From assembly GCA_046760305.1 (NCBI GenBank), contig JBHIDX010000007.1:5185-69184 (forward strand): DNA of 64,000 bases, written 5' to 3'. The translations under genes and the position numbers were made by a program. Position 1 is the stretch's first letter. Each line of letters opens with the position of its first letter. The notes under the pieces are model-generated. The model ran no database searches. It had not been told where the DNA came from and saw only the letters and a program-made list of their open reading frames with translations. The stretch comes from Candidatus Aminicenantales bacterium (GTDB taxonomy: Bacteria > Acidobacteriota > Aminicenantia > Aminicenantales > Aminicenantaceae). Shown one piece after another: positions 47,046 through 56,992 of this stretch.

Positions 47046-47455
47046 TTTGTCATCTTCGATATGCCAGCAACGGCCTCGACAAACAAAACTACAACAATTG
47101 CGGAAAATCCAGCCATAAAGGCAAAGATTAGCTTAGAAAAAAAGATGATTATAATTGAAAAAATTCCTATAATCAACAGCAGCCGGGGGAGATAGCTGGA
47201 GAGAATAATTCTCAGTGCCTTTTTATTTTTTTCTCCACCAAGTAGCCGGGAGAGTGTTTTTTTAAGCCAGATAAAGCTTCCTGCGGCAAAAACACCGCCT
47301 CCGAGAACAAATAATGCGGCTGGAATGTCGAGAAAAAAGCCTGCCATCACAGCGCCAGCTGAAGCAAGAAGGAGAATTTCAAGGGGGATACGGTTTAATA
47401 TTTTTTCCTCTTCGGCAGTTAGTTCGGCGCTGTCATTCGTTTTCATTTTCTTCAT
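47033..47455 (-). CDS. atpI: ATP synthase protein I (AtpI-like small membrane protein)
   Basis: 140 aa with four hydrophobic segments. Position immediately upstream of atpB. Confidence 0.6.
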   Translation of the reverse strand: MKKMKTNDSAELTAEEEKILNRIPLEILLLASAGAVMAGFFLDIPAALFVLGGGVFAAGSFIWLKKTLSRLLGGEKNKKALRIILSSYLPRLLLIIGIFSIIIIFFSKLIFAFMAGFSAIVVVLFVEAVAGISKMTKWKN

Positions 47456-47672
47456 TCCCGTACTTGCTCAGACCTCTGAAAAAGCCTAAAAAACCGGATA
47501 TTGTTCCCAGGATCATGAACGCCAGCAGCAGCCAGGGCTGGGTGTTGAAAATCCTGTCGAGCATGTAGCCGATGAAGAGCCCAACAGCAATAGAAGAAGG
47601 AATCATGAGTGCCAGGGAGCTGAGCAAGGCAAATTTTTTCAAGTCCTTTCCGGGCGAAGATTTTCTTCCCAT
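47433..47672 (-). CDS. AtpZ/AtpR-like putative F0F1-ATPase small membrane subunit
   Basis: 79 aa with two TM helices. Overlaps atpI. Typical position at the head of atp operons. Confidence 0.5.
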   Translation of the reverse strand: MGRKSSPGKDLKKFALLSSLALMIPSSIAVGLFIGYMLDRIFNTQPWLLLAFMILGTISGFLGFFRGLSKYGNEENENE

Positions 47673-47756
47673 GGTTATCTCTAACTATGGTAAACTCGAA
47701 CTCTTTATCAGTCAATATCGTTGATTCATGGGAGGGGTTGTGTTACATATTTTCTC

Positions 47757-49874
47757 ATGAAGAGGCCAAAGGCGATTTTATTGCTCTTTTTTCTTTCTGT
47801 TTTCAGCCTCCAGGTTCTCAGTTCAGCTCAGGATATTTCTTCCTCAGACGAGATTGTTATCAAGGCCAGGAGAGAGGAGAGGACTGAAGAGCGGCTCTTG
47901 GCCTCAGGCGATGTTGAAATTCGTTACCGAAATCTTGTCCTTTTCGCTGACAGAGTTGAATTTGAGCAGAGCTCAAAAGAAGTTTTCGCCCAAGGAAATG
48001 TGGTCATTCACCTCGGCGACCAGGTGGTAAGAGCCAGCTGGATACGTCTTAACCTGGAAACACTCAGAGGAGAGATGGAGGATGTCCGGGGCAGGATACA
48101 GCCCACCTTGCTCATCGAGGCAAAGTCTTTGCGCCGTATCAATGATACTCTTTTCAGCTTTGCCAGGGCAAGAGTAACTACCTGTACCCAGCCTGTTCCT
48201 CGCTGGAGCTTCACCTGTTCAAAAGGAAACTGGAAGGAAGGTGCTTACATAGAGATGTGGAATCCTGTCTTTTCGGTGAAAAATATACCTCTCCTCTACT
48301 TGCCTTATATTCGCTACCCACTTCTCAAGGAAAGGACTACCGGGTTTTTAATTCCCCAACTGGGACATTCCAATCAGAAGGGTTTATTCCTCAGCCAGAG
48401 CTTTTACTGGGCAATAAAAAGGAATATGGATGCCACTTTCACCTTTGACCTCTACTCAGCCAGAGGTCTGGGTGCCGGCCTGGAATTCCGTTACCTTCTC
48501 TCCAGAGATTCATCAGGTCAGCTGAACGGGTATTATTTCGCTCCTCTGAAGAGGAAAGCCCAAGCGGATTATCTCCTCCGTTTTAACCACAGGCAGTTTC
48601 TTCCGTTTGGCTTTTCTCTGGCCGCGGATGTAGACCTCCAGAGCTCCTACCAGTTTCTGAGAGAATTTGACAACTCCTTCAAGCGGGCCGTGGTCTGGAA
48701 TCGGAAAACACAGGTTTATATCTCGAGAGCATGGGCTTCTTTTAATTTCAACCTCAGGCTCAGCCGTTTCGAAACATATTTCCCTTCCCGGGAAAAGTCG
48801 GCTGTCACCTATAATCTGCCTGAGGCAAGCTTAAGCTTATTCAAACAGAAGCTTTTCTACCCCCTTTATTTTTCTTTTACTTCCTCTTTCAGAGACTGGA
48901 AACACATAAACCTTGAGGGCACTCGAACAGCCTCCCGCACACTTGCCTTGAGTCCGGTTCTGACTCTTGCTTTGACGAAAATTCCCTGGCTTTTCATAAA
49001 TACCACATTGACGAATAACTTTTTCTTATCCTTTGAAAAGAACGCCCCCGAGATTCCGGATATGGATGGTGAACTCAATTTTGGGCATAATTATGTGCTC
49101 AACATAGAGCTCACAGGCCCCACTTTTTACAGGGTTTACCGTAAATTTTTGAAAACTTCCAGGTTGAAGCACCTCATCGAACCTTCCCTTGTCTACAGGT
49201 ATGAGAGCCCCTTGAGTGGCAGTCAAGATGTGCCCGGTTATCAGCCTTCGTTGAGGATTCACCAGCTCACCTACAGCCTCACCAATCGTTTCCTGGTAAA
49301 AAAAGATGGCTTTCCCCGGGAAATTCTGAGTTTTGCTCTTGAGCAAAGCTACTATTTTTCTCCTCAAACAAGTCCTTTGAGGGACTACAGGGTGAGTGGT
49401 CAGATTCCTGAATTTTCAGACTTAAGAGGCACCTTGAGATTTTATCCTGTGGACGACTACAGCATTGATGTTGCTCTCAGCTTCAATCCTTATTACAAGT
49501 CATTTTCCACTTTTCGCCTCGGAGCTCTTTTCGGCTCTGCAGATGCCCCCTGGTTTTTCAGACTGAACTGGTTTAAAAGTATTAATCCCTACCGCGAGGA
49601 CCCTGTCTGGAATCGCCATCAGATTCAATGTTATGCAGGGCTGCGGCTTCCATCTTTCCCTCTGAAGGGAGAGGCAGACCTGAGTTACAACATTGAGGAG
49701 AAAAGACTTCTCTACTGCGGGTTTCAGTTTGTGTACAATTTTCAGTGTCTTGATATCAAGGGTAGTCTCCGCATCTACTACTTCAGAGAGAAGCCAGAGC
49801 TTCAGTTCAGGCTTTCGGTAGGATTGGGAGATATCGGTAAGACGGTGGATGCACTCGGAGGGCTTGGCTTTTAA
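47757..49874 (+). CDS. lptD: LPS-assembly protein LptD (OstA family)
   Basis: Signal peptide, OstA N-terminal beta-jellyroll (…GDVEIRYRNLVLFADRVEF…GNVVIH…), large C-terminal beta-barrel. TTG 47721 is an alternative start. Confidence 0.8.
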   Translation: MKRPKAILLLFFLSVFSLQVLSSAQDISSSDEIVIKARREERTEERLLASGDVEIRYRNLVLFADRVEFEQSSKEVFAQGNVVIHLGDQVVRASWIRLNLETLRGEMEDVRGRIQPTLLIEAKSLRRINDTLFSFARARVTTCTQPVPRWSFTCSKGNWKEGAYIEMWNPVFSVKNIPLLYLPYIRYPLLKERTTGFLIPQLGHSNQKGLFLSQSFYWAIKRNMDATFTFDLYSARGLGAGLEFRYLLSRDSSGQLNGYYFAPLKRKAQADYLLRFNHRQFLPFGFSLAADVDLQSSYQFLREFDNSFKRAVVWNRKTQVYISRAWASFNFNLRLSRFETYFPSREKSAVTYNLPEASLSLFKQKLFYPLYFSFTSSFRDWKHINLEGTRTASRTLALSPVLTLALTKIPWLFINTTLTNNFFLSFEKNAPEIPDMDGELNFGHNYVLNIELTGPTFYRVYRKFLKTSRLKHLIEPSLVYRYESPLSGSQDVPGYQPSLRIHQLTYSLTNRFLVKKDGFPREILSFALEQSYYFSPQTSPLRDYRVSGQIPEFSDLRGTLRFYPVDDYSIDVALSFNPYYKSFSTFRLGALFGSADAPWFFRLNWFKSINPYREDPVWNRHQIQCYAGLRLPSFPLKGEADLSYNIEEKRLLYCGFQFVYNFQCLDIKGSLRIYYFREKPELQFRLSVGLGDIGKTVDALGGLGF

Positions 49875-51340
49875 ATTTCGAGCTCCAATTGCCTTTCTTT
49901 GCTGAATTTTCTTTCCTTTTCTATAGCTTCGAGGATTTCTTCGGTAACGTCCCCTGTCGGATAGTTGCCGTCGAAACAGGCTCCACAGAATGCTTTAAGT
50001 TGTGGGTTCTCAAGCTGAACCGCTTTCTTGAGGGAATCAAGGCTTTGATAGATAACTTTGTCAGCTTTTATTTCCCTGGCCACCTGGTCAGGAGTTGAAT
50101 TTCTGGCGATAAATTCAGTTTTTGTCTGCATATCAATGCCATAAACACACGGGTAGCGGAGGGGAGGCGAGTAAGAGGCGAAATAAACTTTCTTCGCCCC
50201 GCATTGACGAGCAAGCTCGATGATTTTTCGAGATGTGTGACCCCGGACGATGCTATCATCCACGATGAGTACATTTCTGTTCTTGAATTCGGAGGGAATG
50301 GGGTTTAGCTTCTGGCGGACTGAGCTCTGTCGTTTTTCATCAGAAGGCATGATAAACGTGCGTCCGATGTATCGATTTTTGACCAGAGCCTCCCTGTATT
50401 TAACATTGAGCTCCCGTGCGATCTCGATTGCTGCGTCCCTGGCCGAGTCGGGAACAGGAACCACGACGTCAATGGATAGGTTGTGTTTCTTTATCTCCTC
50501 TGCCAGGAAATGACCGAGGTGCACCCGGCATTTATAAACGTTGACATTATCGATGTAGGAGTCCGGCCTGGCAAAATATACCCATTCAAAGAGGCAGGGA
50601 GTATGGGGACATCTGGCAATTTTTTTTGTGTGCACCTCTCGGTTAGTGTCGATGAATACAGCCTGGCCTGCCTCGATGTTGGTGATGGAGTCGAAGTTCA
50701 TGATATTGAGACATACTGTTTCAGAGGCAGCTGCGTAGGAAGGAAGTATTTTATCATCCCTTCTGCCGTAGACGAGCGGCTTTATCCCAAAGGGATCCCG
50801 GAAAGCTACCAGTCCCTGCTCAGCAATGTAAGCAATTACCGCGTAACTACCCTTAACCTTCTTGTAAACTTCTTCTACCGCGTGGAAAACATGTTTGGGC
50901 TTTAGTTTTCTCGTGTTCTGGCTCTCCAGTCCCTGGGCGAAGACGTTGAGGATGGCCTCTGCGTCACAATCAGAATTGAGCAGTCTTTTGTGTCTGCAGA
51001 AAAGCTCCTGCTTGAGCTCCGGGTAGTTAATAACGTTGCCGTTGTGAGCCAAGATTATACCAAATGGTGCATTCACCTGTATGGGCTGGGCATCCTCGCC
51101 TCTTCCTCCACCCACAGTGGGATAGCGGGTGTGCCCGATGCCGACTGTCCCTTTCAGGCGGTCGAAGTGTTCTCTGGTGAAGATATCTCTCACCAGTCCA
51201 TTTCCTTTTTTGGTATGGAATTTACCGTCATAGGTGATGATGCCAGCCGCATCCTGGCCGCGATGCTGGACAGCGAGAAGACCCTGGTAAATATCGCCCA
51301 CTACGTTTTCATTGCCGATTATTCCCACTACACCGCACAT
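49871..51340 (-). CDS. purF: Amidophosphoribosyltransferase
   Basis: N-terminal MCGVVGI Ntn-hydrolase Cys. PRTase motif (VLIVDDSIVRGHTS). Confidence 0.93.
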   Translation of the reverse strand: MCGVVGIIGNENVVGDIYQGLLAVQHRGQDAAGIITYDGKFHTKKGNGLVRDIFTREHFDRLKGTVGIGHTRYPTVGGGRGEDAQPIQVNAPFGIILAHNGNVINYPELKQELFCRHKRLLNSDCDAEAILNVFAQGLESQNTRKLKPKHVFHAVEEVYKKVKGSYAVIAYIAEQGLVAFRDPFGIKPLVYGRRDDKILPSYAAASETVCLNIMNFDSITNIEAGQAVFIDTNREVHTKKIARCPHTPCLFEWVYFARPDSYIDNVNVYKCRVHLGHFLAEEIKKHNLSIDVVVPVPDSARDAAIEIARELNVKYREALVKNRYIGRTFIMPSDEKRQSSVRQKLNPIPSEFKNRNVLIVDDSIVRGHTSRKIIELARQCGAKKVYFASYSPPLRYPCVYGIDMQTKTEFIARNSTPDQVAREIKADKVIYQSLDSLKKAVQLENPQLKAFCGACFDGNYPTGDVTEEILEAIEKERKFSKERQLELEI

Positions 51341-51391
51341 AATTACAGTATATTATATCCACTTTGGAGATGGAATTAAACCTCACCTTTT

Positions 51392-52366
51392 TCAGTCTTC
51401 TTTTTCCAGGGCGCTGAGCAGCTCAGAATAGCCGATGGTTGCGGTTCCGATTTTAGCCACCACAATTCCGGCTGCAATGTTAGCCAGGAGAGCAGCTTCT
51501 CTGATTGAGGCGCCTGAGAGAAGAGCAAGGGAGGCGGTGGCTATAACCGTGTCTCCAGCACCGGTGACGTCAAAAACCTCTTTGGCCTGGGTCGGAATAT
51601 GGACAGCTTTTTTATCCCTTTCAAAAACGCTCATCCCCAGTTCTCCCCTTTTAAGGATAATATATCTGGTTTCGATTTTTTTCATCATTTCCTGACCTGC
51701 TTTCTCAATCTGCTCGTCAGTCTTACAGGGGTGGTGCACGATTCTCTCTGCTTCGTAATGGTTGGGGGTGATGAGGAGGACAGGAGAAAAAAGGGTAAAA
51801 TTATCAACCTTGGGGTCAACAAAGACAGGTATTTTGCTCCTGGCGGCATGGGTGAGTATTCTTTTGATAAGAGTGCGTGTAATTACTCCTTTATTGTAGT
51901 CAGAGATGATGATACCCTGGTATTCATTTTCAATCATAAATCTCAGGATTTCATCCTCCATTCGGCTGGAGAGTACAGAATTTTTTTCCCTGTCTACCCT
52001 GACTATCTGCTGCTGATGAGCGATTACTCTTGTTTTCACCGTCGTCGGCCTTCTGTTGTCGATAAAAATACCGGTGCTGTTAGATGTGTTCTCTTTTATC
52101 CACATACCCTCAGTATCATTACCAACCACTCCCACCACCAGCGGCGAAGCTCCCAACCTTTCCACATTCATACACACGTTTCCCACTCCGCCCAGGCAAA
52201 AAGTCTCTTTTTTGACCTCAACCACTGGTACGGGAGCCTCCGGAGAGATGCGGCTCACCTCACCCCATATGTACTTGTCGAGCATCAGGTCCCCTATTAG
52301 AAGAACTTTTTTCCCCCTGAATCCCTCGACAAAATAGGAGAGTTTTTGCAGGCTCAAATTAATCAT
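51392..52366 (-). CDS. hldA: D-glycero-beta-D-manno-heptose-7-phosphate kinase (stand-alone RfaE/HldE domain I)
   Basis: PfkB-family ribokinase fold. VLLIGDLMLDKYIWGEVSRISPEAPVPVV is typical of HldE domain I. Only the kinase domain is present (324 aa). Confidence 0.82.
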   Translation of the reverse strand: MINLSLQKLSYFVEGFRGKKVLLIGDLMLDKYIWGEVSRISPEAPVPVVEVKKETFCLGGVGNVCMNVERLGASPLVVGVVGNDTEGMWIKENTSNSTGIFIDNRRPTTVKTRVIAHQQQIVRVDREKNSVLSSRMEDEILRFMIENEYQGIIISDYNKGVITRTLIKRILTHAARSKIPVFVDPKVDNFTLFSPVLLITPNHYEAERIVHHPCKTDEQIEKAGQEMMKKIETRYIILKRGELGMSVFERDKKAVHIPTQAKEVFDVTGAGDTVIATASLALLSGASIREAALLANIAAGIVVAKIGTATIGYSELLSALEKED

Positions 52367-52423
52367 CGATAATCCTTATGTAACGGATATTTATGATAGG
52401 AGGAGAAGTCAAGCAGTTGGGGC

Positions 52424-52612
52424 CTAATCCTTGGTTGCCCTCTCAGGCTCGATTGTGGCTTCGTCAATGAGCATAACCGGTATGTCATCCTTTATGGGGT
52501 AGACCCGGTGACACTTGACACATTTAAGCCCCTTTTCGTCAGCAGTGAGCTTTACATCCTCCTTACACAGGGGGCAGGCAAGTATTTCGAGCAGTTTTGA
52601 ATCAATGGCCAT
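52424..52612 (-). CDS. Trm112/YcaR family small zinc-ribbon-like protein
   Basis: MAIDSKLLEILACPLCKEDVKL…LKCVKCHRVYPIKDDIPVML. Start chosen at the internal Met matching the family N-terminus. Confidence 0.7.
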   Translation of the reverse strand: MAIDSKLLEILACPLCKEDVKLTADEKGLKCVKCHRVYPIKDDIPVMLIDEATIEPERATKD

Positions 52613-52666
52613 CACAATCTCCTCTCCTGTTATCTTAAAATCAAACTCTCTACTCGTCAATCAATT

Positions 52667-53848
52667 TTAAATTGTAATTCTGAACCCGATTCTGAAGCTC
52701 AACCCTGATAAATTTAGAAGGGCAAAGCGGCGGGGGTCAATTTCCCCTCCCGCTGCAGGCATCTTTTCCCTGACTTCTACCTGAGGGTAAGCATTATCGT
52801 TTGAGGTTAACCTGTGGTAAAGATAGAGGCTTCCTTCTTCAGTAGAATTAAAACCGTTTGAGTTCATCCTCGTTCCCTCGCCCCTGAGCCTGTTAAGGCA
52901 GATGTAACGAGCCGATATTTCAGCCACGAAAAAGAGGTTTGAGGCCAGAGTTAGTTCTCCACCCAGAGCGCCGAGAACTCCAAGGCCCCAGCCATGAGCA
53001 TTGCCGCTTTTCTCTTCCCAGGTGTTTGGCCCATCAAAGCGGTTGTAATAGGAACATTGAGCAAGGTAAAGCTCGACTCCAGCCTTGACGTAAACCGAGG
53101 GAAAAAGGTAATGGAGAAGAAAAACTCTCAGGGGAAAAGCTTGGATTTTTGGTCTGTAGGAGAAAGTGACTTCAGTATCATTTAATTGATACTCAGCCAA
53201 CCTCTCTCTCCGGGCCAGGAAATAGTCGACTCCCACTCCGACCATAAACTGGGGCGAGATGAAGAGACCAGCCTCTGCTCCAACCACATAACCGAGGTGA
53301 AGGGGGTGGGCCCTGGCTTCACCTGCGAGGCCAAATTCGTCATCGTAATAGTGGATGAATCCTCTCATTCCCCTGTTGAGGTCATTGCCGGAGACATGGT
53401 TTGCCCCTCCATAAAGGCTGAAAGAAAAATTCATCCGCGGCCCTCTCTCAGGGATGGAGAGGGGAGGGATTCTTTGAACTAGCGGAGTTTTCTCTTCCTC
53501 TTTTTTTTCTTCTTTTTTCTCCGGCGCCCTTATTTCCGGGATTTGCTCCCTGGAAATATCTTCCACCCTGATAACGAGGCTTTCGTGGACATAGCCGTGG
53601 AGCGTTTTTCCTTCTTTCCCTTTTAAAATGATAAGATACCATTCGCCGCTCTTACCCAGGGATCTGAGATAGGTTCCCTGTGGGACGCGGAGGATGAGAG
53701 GGCTGCTAAGGTCTGGCTTTTCCCGGATGTTTGCCTGTTCTGTGACCACTTTGAGCACAAATAAGGTTTCCTGATTCTGAGTGAAGACAGGATTGTGAGC
53801 AGCGAATAGAACCAGAAGGCTCAAAAGCGGAATGAGTATTTTTTTCAT
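52667..53848 (-). CDS. Outer-membrane beta-barrel protein with N-terminal SH3b-like domain
   Basis: Signal peptide, SH3b-like segment, K/E-rich linker. C-terminal alternating-hydrophobic beta-strands end in an aromatic/hydrophobic residue. Confidence 0.45.
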   Translation of the reverse strand: MKKILIPLLSLLVLFAAHNPVFTQNQETLFVLKVVTEQANIREKPDLSSPLILRVPQGTYLRSLGKSGEWYLIILKGKEGKTLHGYVHESLVIRVEDISREQIPEIRAPEKKEEKKEEEKTPLVQRIPPLSIPERGPRMNFSFSLYGGANHVSGNDLNRGMRGFIHYYDDEFGLAGEARAHPLHLGYVVGAEAGLFISPQFMVGVGVDYFLARRERLAEYQLNDTEVTFSYRPKIQAFPLRVFLLHYLFPSVYVKAGVELYLAQCSYYNRFDGPNTWEEKSGNAHGWGLGVLGALGGELTLASNLFFVAEISARYICLNRLRGEGTRMNSNGFNSTEEGSLYLYHRLTSNDNAYPQVEVREKMPAAGGEIDPRRFALLNLSGLSFRIGFRITI

Positions 53849-54028
53849 TCTTTCTTTCTGGATGTTTTTCCCATTATAGAGAATCGTCTTTCAGAGTGTC
53901 AAGGCAAAACCGGCTTTATAATAAAAGTGTGGTGATTGTGAACTTGGGTCCAGTGGTAATTGGCTGATTTGAACGTGGACTGGACAGGAGCGACAAAATA
54001 ATGTAAATATGTAGATTAAACGGAGGAG

Positions 54029-54811
54029 ATGATGATAGAGAAGGCAAAGGGAAGAACATGTTTGGTGCTCCTCAGCATGGTCTCGGTTCTTCTGATGGCC
54101 CTTATGCTCCTGGCTGAGAAAGGACCGAGAATAGAGTTTAAAGAGACATCTTTCAACTTCGGTCAGGTAGAACAGGGGAGGATATTGACTCATGTCTTTA
54201 AATTCACCAATGCTGGCGATGAAACACTGGTTATCGAAAAGGTAAGGAGCTCCTGCGGGTGCACTGCTGTTCTAGTTTCAGCCAGGAAGATAGCTCCAGG
54301 AGCAAAAGGGGAGCTTAAAGCAACCTTTAACACCAGTGGATTTCAGGGTAAGGTCTCAAAGTATGTTTATGTGGAAAGCAACGATCCCCGGAAGCGCCAG
54401 GTTACGCTCACAATCTCGGCTGAGATTGAGGTTCCTCCCAGGCCGCAGATTCAGCTTGAGAGCTATACTTCAGATCAGGGAGTTTGCCTCGAGGGTGAGG
54501 AAATCAGAGCCAAGACAGTGATTCGTAACAAAGGAGAGCTTGAGCTGAGGGTAAACATCAGCCACCGTGATGCAAAGTTTTACACACAGGGGAAGGAAGT
54601 GTCATTTCCTTTAAGGATTGCTTCCGGAGAAAGCGTAGAGTTGGAAGTTGCCATTCCTTCGCGCAACAGGAAAGGACTGGTAAGAGAATATGTTCTTTTA
54701 AGGTCAAATGACCCCCAGAGGCAGACAGTATCCTTCTACATTACTGGCTACATCATCACCAGGAAGCAGTTAAAAGAGCTTTTTGAAAAGTATAAGGATA
54801 TCCTACACTGA
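54029..54811 (+). CDS. DUF1573 domain protein (tandem repeats)
   Basis: N-terminal TM/signal anchor. Two Ig-like DUF1573 repeats with the F.F.N.G…L.I..V…CGCT signature. Confidence 0.7.
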   Translation: MMIEKAKGRTCLVLLSMVSVLLMALMLLAEKGPRIEFKETSFNFGQVEQGRILTHVFKFTNAGDETLVIEKVRSSCGCTAVLVSARKIAPGAKGELKATFNTSGFQGKVSKYVYVESNDPRKRQVTLTISAEIEVPPRPQIQLESYTSDQGVCLEGEEIRAKTVIRNKGELELRVNISHRDAKFYTQGKEVSFPLRIASGESVELEVAIPSRNRKGLVREYVLLRSNDPQRQTVSFYITGYIITRKQLKELFEKYKDILH

Positions 54812-54827
54812 GCAGAAGGAGCAGCAA

Positions 54828-55151
54828 GTGATTCTCGTTGGAAACTTTCTTTCAGCCGTGGCCAAGATGCTCAACATTGTTCTTGTTATCTATATGTGGA
54901 TTGTGATTATTAGAGCTATCCTTTCCTGGATAAATATTCCCTCCCTATACGAGGTGAATGTTATTCTCTATCGAGTTACAGAACCGGTGCTCCGTCCGAT
55001 TAGAAAGATTGTTCCTCCTCACCGGATGGGAGGAATCGATATCTCCCCCATAATTTTGGTCCTCATCATCATTTTTATAAATTCTTTCTTCGTCAAGTCG
55101 CTAGCAATTTATGCCCGGGAGCTTCTTGAGGGATTTAGGAAAAATTTTTAA
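54828..55151 (+). CDS. YggT family membrane protein
   Basis: Two TM helices. Partner of the DUF167 gene downstream. GTG start with GAAGGA SD. Confidence 0.7.
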   Translation: MILVGNFLSAVAKMLNIVLVIYMWIVIIRAILSWINIPSLYEVNVILYRVTEPVLRPIRKIVPPHRMGGIDISPIILVLIIIFINSFFVKSLAIYARELLEGFRKNF

Positions 55152-55313
55152 GCTTGCTCCCTTTGTTTAGCTTGGAAGAAATTTTTCGCCTATGATAAGT
55201 TGAGAAATCATTCTAGCCTCTTGATTGCATTCATTTATGTTAAATAGTGTTGGCGTCATTTTCTAATTAGTAGTCCAGGTTAAGGGAGAATTAGGAGATT
55301 GAAGAGAATATAT

Positions 55314-55580
55314 GTGAGAGTAAGAGTGATCCCCAGAGCAGCAAGAAAAGGAATCGAGGAGACAGGGAAAGGAGAGCTGAAGATAAAAGTAAAATCTCCT
55401 CCCTCAAAAGGGGAGGCGAACAGAGAAGCTGTTAAGCTTCTTTCGGATTTTTTCGCTCTTCCTTCCTCCAGGATAAATATCGTCCGGGGACGCACTTCCC
55501 GCTTAAAGCTTATTTCACTCAAGGTTGAAGAGGAAAAGTTTGCAAGCCTAGAGAGAAAAGATTATATTCTGAAAGGGTAA
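55314..55580 (+). CDS. DUF167 (YggU/UPF0235) family protein
   Basis: RVRVIPRAARKGI…KIKVKSPPSKGEAN…V family signature. Start codon uncertain (TTG 55299 or GTG 55314). Confidence 0.7.
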   Translation: MRVRVIPRAARKGIEETGKGELKIKVKSPPSKGEANREAVKLLSDFFALPSSRINIVRGRTSRLKLISLKVEEEKFASLERKDYILKG

Positions 55581-55587
55581 ATGAGGA

Positions 55588-56898
55588 ATGGAGCTCTATA
55601 ATCTGGTGAGCTTCGCCGGTATTTTTATCTTGGTGCTTTTTGCCTGGTTGTGTTCTTCGAACCGCAGAGTGGTGAACTGGAGGGTTGTTGGCTGGGGGAT
55701 AGGGCTTCAGCTCTTTTTTGCTTTTTTTATCTTCATTTTCCCGGTTGGAACCAGAGTTTTTCTTTTTGTGAATAAGGTGGTTGTGGCAGTTCTGGATTCT
55801 GCAACTGCTGGTACGAGGCTTCTTTTCGGGCCCCTTGCTCTTCCCCCTGGAGAAGTGACCGAAGCAGGGGAAAAATCGATCGGCTACATCCTTGCTTTCC
55901 AGAGCCTGCCCACTGTTATCTTTTTCTCCGCTCTGGTTGGAGCTCTTTATTACCTGAAAGTCATGCCCCTGGCAATCAGGGGTTTTTCCTATATCTTTAC
56001 AAGATTGATGCGCATAAGCGGGGCTGAATCCCTGTGTGCTTCAAGCAACATTTTTGTCGGTATAGAATCTGCTCTTGTTATCCGGCCTCACCTCAAGGAT
56101 ATGACTCGCTCTGAGTTGGTGACCATCCTCGCTGCAGGCATGGGAACCATTGCCTCCACAGTGCTGGCCATTTATGTCTTTTTCCTCCAGGATGTACTGC
56201 CCACCATTGCCGGTCACCTTGTATCGGCCTCTTTCCTCTCCGCCCCGGCAGCTGTGGTCATGGCCAAGCTGGTTGTCCCGGAGACAGAAAAGCCGCAGAC
56301 CCTGGGAGTGGATGTCAAACCTGAGTACGAGCGGGAAGACAATCTCATCATGGCTATCATCAATGGAGCTCAGAGCGGGCTTCGTTACCTGGGGGGCATC
56401 GTGGCTCTTCTCCTTGCCTTCCTGGGTTTGCTTTCTCTTCTGAACCTCATTCTCGGTCAGATCGGCCTTCCTGTAAACAGGCTGTTGGGGTGGAATTTTG
56501 ATTTCAGACTGGAGAGCATTCTGGGGTTTGTTTTTTATCCTTTCACCATTATTCTCGGTGTTCCACCCGCTGATGCCTTCAAAGTGGCCGAACTCCTGGG
56601 CGAGAGAGCGATTGTCACTGAGCTCGTTGCCTACCAGGATCTTGCCCGGCTCATGGCCGAAGGTTCACTTATCCATCCCCGATCTCTGATAATTGCTTCC
56701 TACGCCCTGTGCGGTTTTGCTCATATCGCCTCTCTGGCGATTTTCGTTGGAGGAGTGGGTGCTCTTGCCCCTGGGAGGCTGAAAGACCTTTCGCGCCTTG
56801 GCTTTAGGGCCCTTCTGGCAGCTACTCTGGCCTGTCTTATGACAGGAGCAGTGGCAGGCGCTTTTTTCTCCCAGACTTCTATCCTGCTCGGCAAATAG
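55588..56898 (+). CDS. nupC: Concentrative nucleoside transporter (NupC family)
   Basis: CNT N-terminal and C-terminal domains. 436 aa polytopic. Confidence 0.8.
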   Translation: MELYNLVSFAGIFILVLFAWLCSSNRRVVNWRVVGWGIGLQLFFAFFIFIFPVGTRVFLFVNKVVVAVLDSATAGTRLLFGPLALPPGEVTEAGEKSIGYILAFQSLPTVIFFSALVGALYYLKVMPLAIRGFSYIFTRLMRISGAESLCASSNIFVGIESALVIRPHLKDMTRSELVTILAAGMGTIASTVLAIYVFFLQDVLPTIAGHLVSASFLSAPAAVVMAKLVVPETEKPQTLGVDVKPEYEREDNLIMAIINGAQSGLRYLGGIVALLLAFLGLLSLLNLILGQIGLPVNRLLGWNFDFRLESILGFVFYPFTIILGVPPADAFKVAELLGERAIVTELVAYQDLARLMAEGSLIHPRSLIIASYALCGFAHIASLAIFVGGVGALAPGRLKDLSRLGFRALLAATLACLMTGAVAGAFFSQTSILLGK

Positions 56899-56992
56899 AA
56901 AAACATCCCTGCTTTTTCCTTGTTTTTTTCAATCCTCCTGCTTAAAATATGAGTGACATTTCACGGATGAGGTTCTCAACAAGGAGAGACTG

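Noticed and set aside
47687-47887. 66-aa + ORF and the ORF-track TTG start at 47721 for lptD
   Set aside because: The 66-aa ORF overlaps the lptD start region out of frame. For lptD itself I prefer ATG 47757 (MKRPKAILLLFFL signal peptide), although TTG 47721 cannot be excluded.
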